Shown here piece after piece: positions 52,501-64,000 of a stretch of DNA of 64,000 nucleotides. The notes under the pieces are model-generated. The model was not told where the DNA came from. It saw only the letters and a program-made list of their open reading frames with translations, and searched no databases. Position 1 is the first letter of the stretch; each line of letters opens with the position of its first letter. The stretch covers positions 50,468,001-50,532,000 of the forward strand of contig NC_043008.1 of assembly GCF_006345805.1 (NCBI RefSeq), written 5' to 3'. The position numbers were made by a program, and so were the translations under genes. The stretch comes from Octopus sinensis (taxonomy: Eukaryota).

Positions 52501-53609
52501 ATGTGTTTGCTGCTGTTGCTGCTTATGGCTCCAGGCCAGCCTTGATAGAACAGACTTAGGATACAGAGGTTTCCACCCATGAGCATGCCATCATTTTGTA
52601 TATCAATGAACTATATTGTTCAATGTATCCTTTAGATGGTAGGGTGCGATTTAAGGAGGATTTATTTGCTACTTCTAGCAGGTTGAACATCCAAGCAGAA
52701 GATCCCGCATTCGTTTGTTGTGTATGTTGCTGTGTGTTTATAAGGGTTTTGATTAGAGCATATGGTCATGTGTGCTGTTATGTTTCTATGTGAATACTCT
52801 TGTGTGTGGACATGTTCATCTGAGTCTCATATTTGTATGAGAGTAAGTGTATTTATAGGAATGTGTGTGTTTGTGTGTACATATGTACAGTAATTATATA
52901 GAACTATATAGATGGGATGTATTTGATAGAAGCATTTATATTAGAAGAGGAAGCTTATGGCTTACTTAGAAAATAAGAAATCTGAGCAAATGATGGGACC
53001 TCTTACATGATTATATAACTTGCTTAAAATAGCAACCATATCTCCTTCAAATTACGCCATACCATTTTTAAAAGAAAATGTAGTGGGGAGGGAAAAAAAG
53101 ATGAGATGGTCATAATGGACTGTCTTTGATCACAACTGTGTTTGATTAGGAGGGACCTGGGTCTGCACAGCTACAACAATTGCAGCAACATGTTCTCTAC
53201 AAAGAATATATAAGGTCTCAGAGAAGAAGGCTGTTTATACTTTCCTAAAACTGGGGTCTACAGTACTTGATTTTCTGCAATATTGAGCTAATTAAGGCAA
53301 AACTCTACCTCTGTGTAGAATGTTAGACTATTACAGGCTATTTTTGTCATTACTTTTCACTAAGGTAGAATTATGTGTCCAGCACAATAAAGTTTTTGCA
53401 TGACTGTATACCACTCAGCTACTTTATGTCTACTCAAAACTAATTGGGGGTGGAGAGAGTGACCTAAATCCATAAACCAAGTGAGTATCATAAAAGGCAA
53501 AATGGCTGCAGAATCTTTATTAAATTTCAAGATCAATGTTTTAGTGAGGATCTCAGAACAAAACGTTTTTATTAACTTTTGTTTGTTTTACTTGTTTATA
53601 TCTATATAT

Positions 53610-53775
53610 AAAATTTAGAGGACTGACCACTAAAAGTGGATAGTCTGTATGCTAGATATAGATGTCAGAATCGCAATTTTCCACAAAGAATGTGTTCTCA
53701 AGAAAAAATGGCGATTTTGACGTCTATATCTAGCATACAGGCTGTCCACTTTTAGTGGTCAGTCCTCTAAATTTT
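53610..53775. repeat. Near-perfect ~65-bp inverted repeat with ~35-nt spacer
   Basis: aaaatttagaggactgaccactaaaagtggatagtctgtatgctagatatagatgtcagaatcgc pairs with gcgattttgacgtctatatctagcatacaggctgtccacttttagtggtcagtcctctaaatttt, with four mismatches. Confidence 0.95.
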
Positions 53776-53860
53776 GTATGAAAAATTTTTTAATCTTCAG
53801 ATTTTTTAAAATATGCTAGGCCACTGGTTTTAATTGATTAATATCAATTTCTACCCTTAT

Positions 53861-53940
<80 letters not shown>

Positions 53941-53954
53941 CATGTATATATGTA

Positions 53955-54806
53955 GGGTTGTCAGATAAATTCATTTATTTTTCCAATTATTTTGATCTTT
54001 ATTATTCATCAACATTTTAACAAATCATTCAATAATACATTCTCCTTCCTTGTTCATGATTTTGCCAGCATTCACCTAACTTGTCAATGCCTTGATACTA
54101 GAAATCACCGGTCTTGACTTGTGCAATTCATCAATCGATGTCTTCAGTTCCACATCATTGTTGAACAAAATGGTGGATGCAGAACTTCCGAACCAATCTT
54201 GAATAGCATTTTTGGTAAAATTAGGAATCTGGGACCTGGAGTTTGTCTTTTTCATTCAGAATGTGTGGCACCCATGCAACAAGTTTTTGAACATTGCCTA
54301 CCAGGTGAAGGTGACGGGTGACTATGTCATGGGAGTTTCCCATCAGCTGGGCTAATCTCCGAGTGGATTGGCTTGGACCCTTGTGAATGAGCTCATTCAA
54401 TTGATCCTCATTGAACTGAACAAGTTGTCTGGAATGTGGAGAATTTGTGAGGTTAAATTTCCCCTCCTTGAAGTGGGAAAACTATTTTTGTGCAGTTCTC
54501 TCTGCATTAGCACTTTCTCCATGCACACTACTGATGTCTTGAACAGCTTTGACAGCTTTAGGACCTTGATTGAAAGCAAAGAGAAGCAGGTGTTGAAAAT
54601 GCTCATTTTTTGTCCTATCTGGCACAGTATCATCATTTGTCTGAAAAGAGGTGAAATTTGTTCAAATTTGAAAAACAATAAGCAAAAGTTGTTGAGGAAG
54701 AACAGAGCCTGAAAAAAACAAAAAACACTATAAAACACATGATGAAAGCATTTTTATGTTAATTCAAATAACATTGGAAAGAAACAAATGAATTTATCTG
54801 ATAACC
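53955..54806 (-). mobile_element. Internally deleted mariner-like DNA transposon
   Basis: About 32-bp imperfect terminal inverted repeats (ggttgtcagataaattcatttattt... / ...aaacaaatgaatttatctgataacc) in TA context; frameshifted transposase C-terminus-like residues on the minus strand near 54040-54150. Confidence 0.7.
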
Positions 54807-55440
54807 ATATATATACACACACATACTCTCACACACATACTCACGTAAATTAAAGTTTTAATTGTGCCACTGAGTAGATAGGAAGCAATTAATTCATATG
54901 AAATAGAAAAAAGAAGATTCATATACCATCATCTAAGCATGCATCTATGGCTGACAATGTGCATGTGTATAGGTTAAGTGCTTTAGTGACTATATATATA
55001 TATATGAAATGGCTTCCATAATTTGTACACAAATCCCAAATCATTCTGAACTTATGATGAAGAAAATACCAGAGGGAAAGTCCCCCACTGAGGTAAAACA
55101 GGGACGATTCATGAAAAGAAATAGTGAAACGTTGACAGTTGTAATGGTGTGGTAAGCTCCCTCCTTTCTAAGATGTCTCACATTCTCTAAAACACACGAC
55201 ACACTTTCTCACTCATCTCTCATACATGGCACTCTGTAGACAGTATATACTGAAACACTCTCGTTATTCAAATTTCTCATTTAAAATCTATATCTTTGCA
55301 AAGTTAGTATAGTGTTTCAAGTATCACGGAAAGTAGCACATAAATTTGTTTGTTTCACTTTGAAATTTGTTCATATTTATGAAATATTCACGTTTAATAC
55401 TCTGTGAATAATACTGTAAATTTTTTTTATATTTGGAATA

Positions 55441-55471
<31 letters not shown>

Positions 55472-55885
55472 CCTGCTTTCAAATGACCTAATTTATGTTC
55501 TGCAGGCTCTGTGCAAAAAGACAGATGGATGCCAACTTTCTCCAGTCAGTTGCAAGTTTGCCATTAGGCTGGTTATTGTTTGCTCTTCCATGTTGAAGAG
55601 TCAGATTTCAGCACCTGGGCAAGGTCAGGTGCTGCACCTTGCAAAAAGCTATAATTAAAGAAAATGAGTCACAATTGCATTATCGACTGGTCACAAGTGT
55701 ACATCATGTCTTTGTGAAACTTTAAGTAATGCAAATCATTTCCTCTTCAGTTATCTGTATGATCTCTTATAAACCTTACAAAATGTATTGAATGCTTTTT
55801 TCTTTTGTTCCTACGCATACTGGCTGTGTGTTTGTGTTATTTGTGTTTTATTCATGTTTTGAATGTATGAGTAAAATTATATTTA

Positions 55886-56035
55886 AATGTGAGGTATACT
55901 AGCCATCTCAATATGGCTAACCACTAAGGGTGGGTGTTACTGTAGCTTGTAGCCCCAGGAGAACATCGTCTCAAGCTACAGTAACACCCACCCTTAGTGG
56001 TTAGCCATATTGAGATGGCTAGTATACCTCACATT
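55886..56035. repeat. Perfect 64-bp inverted repeat with 22-nt spacer
   Basis: 55886-55949 is the exact reverse complement of 55972-56035. Confidence 0.97.
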
Positions 56036-57409
56036 GTCGTGCAGTTACTGTTTACACCTCGTTCAGAGATTTATTATATTTAAATGATTTACATGTAAAT
56101 ACCCTTCAATTATCAAAAGTCCCTCCATCCCAGAAGCACAAGGAATACTTTTTTTTCCTATTTGGGTAGTTTGAAGGGGAGCATAATGTGCAATGTAAAT
56201 CAATCTGTGCTTCAGTCCCTTTGCATTCATACATTCTGCAGTGCTCTTGAGCCAGAAACCTTATTCAATGACTTATTTTCATAGTTGTGGAGTTAGCCTG
56301 AGAGGGTCTTTTACTCCAGTCCTAATAAAAGTTGTAACAGCAGTCAAATAGTGTATATGAAAATATGTGTATATGTATGTTTTAGCAATTGCAATCATTG
56401 CCATGCTGGAGCTCTGCCTTTGTGAAACAATTTTTCTTTCTGTATTTTTTAATTGATGTAGTTTTTATAAATTTGATTTTACAGTTATTTTATTGTAAAT
56501 GTATTTGATTTTTTTAAAAAAATTAATTTTTATTTGATTCTATTTATTTTTATATATATATATATATATTACATTGAAAACCTAATTTATCAAATTTATT
56601 TTTCTGACCCTCCCCTTGTTAAGTACTAGTTTGGTCTGTTGTTTACTTACTGTTTGAAAATCCTATTTACTAATGTCTATTAGATAGGCCAGCAGGGGAC
56701 TGGAAGTATCTGCTCCAAGATGAAAACACCAACCCGGGTAATTTGAAATATTTTGGATTGTTAACAAAAACAAAAAAAAAATCAGTAAAACAAAACTGCA
56801 CTGTTGTGTTGCATTTGTCTTGCCTTTTTTTTTTTAATAGACAAGAGTCACACAATTTGCATAGATTTTAGATGTAGGATGTTTAATGCTAGATGATGTT
56901 CTGTCTTTCAGTATTCTCTTATTCACCTAACTTCAACAATGTTGTTACTTTTGAAATTTGGATATTCTAATCTTTTCCTTTTGGAATTTTCTTTTTCCAT
57001 TTCTTTTTGTTTATGTTATTGTTATTTTTATTTTTGTTTTAGTTTTCTTTTTATTTTACTAAAGTCCTCCACATTTACCCTACCCAAACTAATTGATTAC
57101 CCCCCACCAAAAAAAAGAAACAAAAAAAGAAAAAAATTTCAGTTACTTTGCTTAAAATTAATAATTTGCTACAGTTTCTTTTTTCTTTCCCTAGCAATTA
57201 TAGTTTGCAATTGTGTGTGTGTGTGGGTAGGTGTGAGTGTGTAATTACCAAATGTCTGTTCCTCTCTCTCTCTCTCCTCCCCCCATTTTATTGTTCTTGC
57301 TTATTTAATGCCAGCTATTTACACTTAACGAACATGTGGGGTGATTGACTTGACTATCTTCATGTAATTATTAGCATAAATTTATTTTAATAAGAATAAT
57401 TTCAAAACA

Positions 57410-57762
57410 AGATCAGTCGCAGAGCACAAACCTCTGCCAAGGTAGCACCAACATCCTCTCGACAATTAGCCAGAGATGATTTTTAAAATGAAAATGTCTG
57501 AAATAAACTCGACTGCTCTCACAAATGAGAATACTGAAAATGAACCCAATCACTCTCAAAAATTAAGTTAAAAAAAAAAAAACAGGAAAAATAATCCAGA
57601 GTCCTTGTCCAGTACCAGATTGATCCCAAAATCTAATCAGTTCGTGCCAGTCACGAGACCAAATATTCCTGAAAGTTTCATTCGAATCCATCCAGCAGTT
57701 CTTGAGATATCTTGTCCACAGACAAACAAACAAACACAACTGAAACAATACCTCTGTCAAAT
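57410..57762. mobile_element. Non-autonomous Helentron-associated (HINE/DINE-1-like) element
   Basis: acctctgccaagg and acctctgtcaa near the ends, internal (ACAA)n, and core aaaatctaatcagttc...aagtttcattcgaatccatccagcagttcttgagatatc resembling this class. Boundaries are approximate. Confidence 0.55.
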
Positions 57763-58518
57763 GTATACCTCTTTTTTTTTTTTTTCCTCTCAATATCTCA
57801 GGACATTAGTAGACAATATTGGTAAAGAGTAAATATCCGCTGTGTGTGCATGTGTGTTAAAAAATTGAGACAAAGTAGGGGCCAGATATTTATAGAAGAG
57901 CCCCTGACAGAGAAGCTAACATACAGACATGACTGCAAAATAAAAAAATAAATAAATAAACAATGTAATTAAACTCAAAATTAAGTTTGACAAGTACTCC
58001 CCTACACACACACACACACTCACGGACGTGTTTGTACGTTTACTTTGTATTTCAAGAGTTAGACCACAGTACTATGCTGGTACTCATTTACAACTGAGTA
58101 GACCGGAGTAAAACATGAAGTGAAGTGTCTTGTTCAAGGATACAATGATGCATTGCCTTGTACAGGAATTGATCTCCCTGTCTCACGATCATGAGCCCTG
58201 TCCCGAATATAATTGATATCTATGTTTTAAATGTTTATAACGACTTTCCTGCAATGTAACGACTTCATTTTTATCATAGATTGAAGTCTCTTGCCGAACA
58301 AGCAGAACTCCATGACATTCATGTAATGTTTTAAAATCAATTATTTATTTATTTATTTATATTTCATAAATAGCAATTGCACCTCTGTTCGTGCATGACT
58401 AGGGGTACAGTGAACCAAATGGTTTTCTGTATGCATTGTGCATTTATTAGTATGAAGGCAGCAAAGTGTCTATTGTGTTGTGCAGTGTAATATTAGGCTC
58501 TTCTTGCCTGGTTGATTA

Positions 58519-58558
<40 letters not shown>

Positions 58559-59718
58559 GGAGAGGGTGAAAAATGTCCAGCTGGTTATGGAAAAAGAAAT
58601 AAAAAAAGACCCTTACATATGGTGTAGCAACAAATTGAAGAGGAAGTTAAGAGTGAAAGCACAATTGTGGAGCATTTCTAAAGTGATCTAAAATAGTCAT
58701 AGACCAGTAAACAGATCTAATATTTTAGTGATGTTGCCTGAAGTAACATGAACAACAACAACAACAACAGCAAAATTAAAATAGCACATACACGCATACG
58801 TGCACGCACGCACGCACTCACATGCGGTGCTCAGCCTCTAATAAAAGGAGTGGTTTAACATTGTTAGTTTGTTACAATCATGAAATGCCACTAACAACAC
58901 TTTTTCACTTAGATCCATTTAGACAACATCCTATTTCTTTCCCCACCACCTCCTCTTGTTAGCTTGTAGTTTCAGCTACCTAAATTTCACAGTTCATAAC
59001 CACCGATCTGCTCTCGTTATTTTTAGTGTTCATTTATTTTTAAATAATGTTTCAATGAACTGACTATCATCATCATCATCATTATTATTATTATTATTAA
59101 GAGCTATGGATTGGCAGAGCATCGAAAAAGAATGACTTGTAGCTTTTATGCTGGCTCTTTGTTCTGACTTGAAATCCTGTTGAGGTCAGCTCTACTTTTC
59201 AACCTTTTCGGCCTGATAAAGTACCAGTTAGGGCTTTTGGTATTAATACTACTTCTGTCTGTTATAGTCCACCGACTATTTGTGACATAAGTGCCTGAAG
59301 AAACACTGATGTTCTCTCTCTTTCTCTCATATATATATGTGTGTGTGTGTCATTGATGGGAGATTCAGCTGCTATGTTTCCACCGGATGTCTGTCAGTGA
59401 GGAGTCCAAAATAAGACAAAAATCATGTGATCTTGCAGTTCTTGTGCTAATAGCAGACACCATGAGTTCATATGAGAGGTTCTCTCGAGGTAAATGGAAT
59501 AGTGTGTTCTAACATGACATTCAAATTAAGTTGGAGATAAAGATTGCCTTTATATATATATAGATGTGTGTGTGTGTCAAGTGTATATGTGTATATATCA
59601 CAGTCAAGTGTAACTGCCTGAAACTGTAAGGACATCTAGTGACTTGACTGACGAAAGAAGGCCATGAATGAACTGTCCATTATATATATCTATATATATA
59701 TATATATATATATATATA

Positions 59719-59887
59719 GGCACAGGCATGGCTGTGTGGTAAGATGTCTGCTTCCCAACCACATGGTTCCAGGTTCAGTCCCACTGCATGGCACTTTGGT
59801 CAAGTGTCTTCTACTATAGCCTAAGGCCAAGCAAAGCCTTGTCAGTGGATTTGGTAGTCAGAAACTGAAAGAAGCCTGTCGTGTGTG

Positions 59888-59930
<43 letters not shown>

Positions 59931-60120
59931 TTGTGTTTTTCCCATAGTGTTAGTATGTTTGCATCCCCATAACTTAGTGGTTTACCAAAAGTGACCAACA
60001 AAATAAGTTCCAGGCTTTAAAAAAAAAATAAGTACTGGGGTCAATTCATTTGACTAAAAATTTAAGGTGGTGCCCCAGCATGATTGCGATCTAAGGACTG
60101 GAACAAATAAAAGATAAAGG
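59719..60120 (+). mobile_element. tRNA-headed SINE with internal (TA/TG)n microsatellite, tail type A
   Basis: Head tggctgtgtggtaag...ggttcagtcccact..caagtgtcttctactatagcc, then microsatellite, then body ending ggtgccccagcatg...gaacaaataaaag. Other copies at 12238-12562 (+), 15640-16010 (-) and 20969-21320 (-). Confidence 0.85.
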
Positions 60121-60139
60121 ATAACTATATATATATATG

Positions 60140-60171
<32 letters not shown>

Positions 60172-60177
60172 TACATA

Positions 60178-60945
60178 TTGGGTCATCCCATAAATGATAC
60201 GGTTTTTTTATACATCTTCTATTTTTCAAAATTAAGATAAAGTTCTTTTTTAATCTAAAATATACTCTCCATTCTGTACAATGCTCTTCTGTCTAAATGG
60301 TAGATTTGCAAGGTCCCTCTTCCAAACTTCACTTGTCCGTGTTGAAAAATACTCCTCCAGTACTGTTCTGACCCTGTCTACAGAATTCATATTTTTTCTG
60401 TCCAAATGATTTTGAAGACTGCGGAATAGATGATAATTGGATGGGGCAATGTCCGGCGAATGTGGTGGATGGGGCAATGTCTGGCGAATGTAGTGGATGG
60501 GGCAATGTCCGGCGAATGTGGTGGATGGGGCATCTTTTCCCATTCAAACTGCACCAGCTTTTGGAATGTCATCCTCGCTGTATGTGGCTGAGCATTATCC
60601 TGATGGAAGAACACCTTTCATCTAAAGATGGTCATTTTTCTTCTAGTGCTGTCTTAAGCTGCTCACAGTAGATCTCCTTTGTTGTCATTTGGTTTGGGTT
60701 TTAAAAGTTCAAAGTGGACTAAACCTTTCATATCCCACCAAACAGATAACAACACCTTGCATGGGTGAAGACCTTTAAGCCTGGGGTGCTGGTAATTCTC
60801 CTTTCCTTACTCGTTGTCTTTGTCACTTGGCATTTTTATAGTGAACCCATTTCTCGTCACCAGTCACTATTTGGTCCCCAAAAAGTCCATTCGTGAGACA
60901 AGACACTCTGCATGCGATTAGACTCAGAAAATTTGTGATGATCAC
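60178..60945 (-). mobile_element. Mariner transposase pseudogene (3' half, one terminus)
   Basis: IVTGDEKWVHYKN, FHQDNAQPH, HPPHSPDIAPSNYHLFRSLQNHL and QNGEYILD* in overlapping minus-strand ORFs; terminus ta|ttgggtcatcccataa. Confidence 0.92.
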
Positions 60946-61236
60946 ACACACTGATCTAGGACAGTAAAAGAGAACAGACTGAACATTATACTCATCACAT
61001 TCCGGGTGGAGTGGCTGTATTTCCAATTACAATAAAGAGATCTTAGTATCTATCACCAAATTAAGGCTCTCTAATTGTTTTACTGGTATGAACTAACAGT
61101 ACTATCACATCACATTTCACATGAAGATGACAGTGAATTCAGTGGACACTTAGCCTCCATCAGACAAGCAGTTTTGCTCCACCTAAGTTCAATGTTTATG
61201 ACAAGAGTTAATCCAAAGATATAATTACAAGTTGTA

Positions 61237-61268
<32 letters not shown>

Positions 61269-62315
61269 ATCATTAACATTTAATGTCTGTTTTCCATGCT
61301 GGTTTGGGTTCCACAGTTTGACAAGAACTGACAAGCTAGCGGTCTGTGTCAAGGTCCAATGACAGCTTTGGCAATGATTCTGCATTTTGATGCCATTCCT
61401 AACAATAACCAGTTTATTGACTGTGCTGGGTGTCTTTTGATGGCGCTGGCACTTGTGTAATCACCACGTGACTTGTGAGAGAAAACCTCTCAGCTGAGTA
61501 GGGACGTAGTATTAAGGTAGATGAAAGCATGATAGAAGGATAGGAATGAGTCTCTTGCTGAAGAGGAGCTACATGGCTTCCTCAGCTGGAAAGACAGAGT
61601 GGGATGGTAAGGGCGTACCCTTTACATACAAGGTGACTGTAAAAGAGAGAATAAGGACATATATGCATAGTCTGCTTGTTATTCTTTTTTGACAAACTGC
61701 TAAATTACTGGGACATAAGAGCCAACACTGGTTGTCAAGCAGTGGGGGGTGAGTGACCAACACAAAGACACACTCTCACACACACATATAATGAGCTTCC
61801 ACACACACACACAGTTTCCATCTACCAAATTCACTCACAAGACTTTGGTTGGCCCAGGGTTGTCTGAGATACTATGAAGTGGGACTTCACCCAAAACTAC
61901 ATGGTTGCAAAGCAAGCTTATAAGCCATTGAACCGTACCTGCCTTTGCTTTTCTACACTGGCATGGGTTGGACAAAGACTTGGCTGTGGTAGTATTTCAC
62001 AGCCAGGTGCTCTTCCTGTTGCTTAACCTTAGTGTTTCTCATGCAAGGGTTTCTTTATTCCACTTGTCCATGCAAAACTCAGAGCTGCAATATCTATTGT
62101 TTTTAGGCAGCATAAAAATGAGATTGCCATTTTTGCTCAGACTATCATGCAAAAATGTGGAATGTAAACACACGCACACACACACAAATACATACTTGTT
62201 TGACCTGACAGATTAAGTAACTATGAAATTAATTGTGCTTTTTATGTGTTATGTGGTCTGATATTACGCTTTGTTTATACTAGTAAAACATTTATATGGA
62301 CTGAAAAAGAATAAT

Positions 62316-62355
<40 letters not shown>

Positions 62356-64000
62356 ATTCTCTCTCTATCTCTTTCTTTTAAATGTGAGTAGCCATGTTGC
62401 TTCTCTACTACAAGAAAATGTTCTACGCCAACCCCTTCTCGCATATCTTAGCTACCATCTAGCATAAGAACGCATCCCTACTCCTCCTTGGTTTGTAGAC
62501 TTGCAAGTTGCATAGTGAATTCACCTGTACCTGTGTCACACAAAAGCACCCAGTACACACCAGAAGTGGTTGGCATTAGGAAGAGCACTCAGCTGTAGAA
62601 ACCATGCCAAAGCAGGCACTTAAGCACGATGCAGTCCTTGAATCCATCAAACTGTCCAAACCATACTAGCAAGGTATGTAGACATTAGATGATGAAGATG
62701 CTCTGTTAAAACTCTGTATCTATCATGTAAGACCCCTCCATTTTCAAGATATTGGCACATTGTATCTTGACTGTTAGCTATCTTTATTCTGAATGACCCA
62801 TGGTGTCTAGAAATTTGGAAAACAAAGAGCAATTGCTTTGCCACTAGTTATTGTGCAACTGGAATGATATTTCACGTTCTCTGGGATTTTATTTCTTCTG
62901 TGAAAATAACAGAATTGCATGGTAGTTCATTTTCTTTCACAAATTCTTCACTAATTCCTTTTCTTCTTTAATTATTGAAATTTATTGTTGATATCAAATA
63001 TCAAAGATATATTTAAATAAACTTTTCAATTATAAGCACCAGTTCGAAAGAAAGAGAAAAGGGCACTTGGTTATATGACAGGACTTGACTAATGTATCTG
63101 TTGTTTCCAGGACAACTGCTTTACCAATAATACTACAGAGTGTCTACCATTCTGTTTTTTACTCAGATTAGGTTCTATATATTATACCTGTACTAAAAAA
63201 TATATGTACAAGTATATATAAATACATTATGTGGTTAAAAATGTTTACAACATCATGGTTTCAGGTTCAATCCCATTACACAGCACCCTGGGCAAGTATC
63301 TTCTACTATAGCACCAGGCCAGCTGATATCTGAGTGGATTTGGTTGATGGAAACTTTGGGAAGCCTATCATGCTTGTGTGTGTTATTGATAGATTTTTGA
63401 GAGCTGGGACAATATGAAATTAAGTGATATACTCAAGGATACAATGCTTTGTCTGGTTCAGGAATTGAACCCATAACTGTATGATTATGCGCTGAATACT
63501 CTTAACATTACACCATGTACTTTGACACAATCAAGGAATTCAAAAGGAAAAGAAAACTATCAAATGGAAACTGGGGCTAAATGTGTGTGTTTAAACAAGT
63601 ACAAGTAGAATATTCCTAGCCATGGGGAATATTACCTTGCTTGGAAACAGGTGAAGGTTGACAACAGGAAAGGCATTTGGCTATCGAAAATCTGCCACAA
63701 ATTCTATCAAACCTATGCAAGTATGGAAAAGTGGATGTTCGATGATGATGGTGATGGTGGTGGTGATGTGTGTGAATATGAGACTGTTAGAACCCTTTAG
63801 TATTGTTGAAGACAAGACACCTTTGAATTGCTGGTTGCACAAAAAATGCATCTGGTACACTCTATAAAGTGGTTGGTGTTGGGAAGGGCATCCAACTATA
63901 AAAACCTTACCTAAAACCAAACACAACCAAAATGAAGCCTCCCAGATTCATTTTGGTAAGTAAACCTTTTCAATCGATGCCAAATGGACAATGGACATAA

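Noticed and set aside
55495-55570. Acceptor ttctgcag as CRTC terminal exon (GSVQKDRWMPTFSSQLQVCH*)
   Set aside because: No resemblance to the conserved CRTC C-terminus and no independent support.
60400-60445. SETMAR-like D,D34N domesticated transposase (APSNYHLF)
   Set aside because: The copy is frameshifted and truncated; GAT>AAT after C is an ordinary CpG transition.

Overview
AT-rich, microsatellite- and SINE-dense animal genomic DNA. The repeat families resemble those of octopus, which is an inference. The only host gene I can support is the central part of a + strand CRTC/TORC (CREB-regulated transcription coactivator) gene. It has seven GT-AG coding exons (15141-15232, 17518-17579, 18308-18351, 20106-20415, 28043-28532, 42541-42744, 45775-46168) with consistent splice phases. 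They encode the CRTC motifs [52 protein letters not shown] and IPHIIFT. The N-terminal CREB-binding exons and the C-terminal transactivation exon were not found and presumably lie outside the window. The His/Gln-rich exon carries a +1 frameshift in a (CAA)n run at ~28199. The rest is intronic: several tRNA-headed SINE families (including a six-unit head-to-tail array), RTE and R4/Dong LINE fragments, two decayed mariners, piggyBac-like MITEs, a HINE-like element, two long fold-back palindromes, a ~690-bp (CTT)n tract and a degenerate minisatellite. I see no clearly novel multi-gene system. The best leads are the frameshifted, frame-skippable His/Gln exon flanked by inverted SINEs, a possible alternative first exon, and the fold-back elements.
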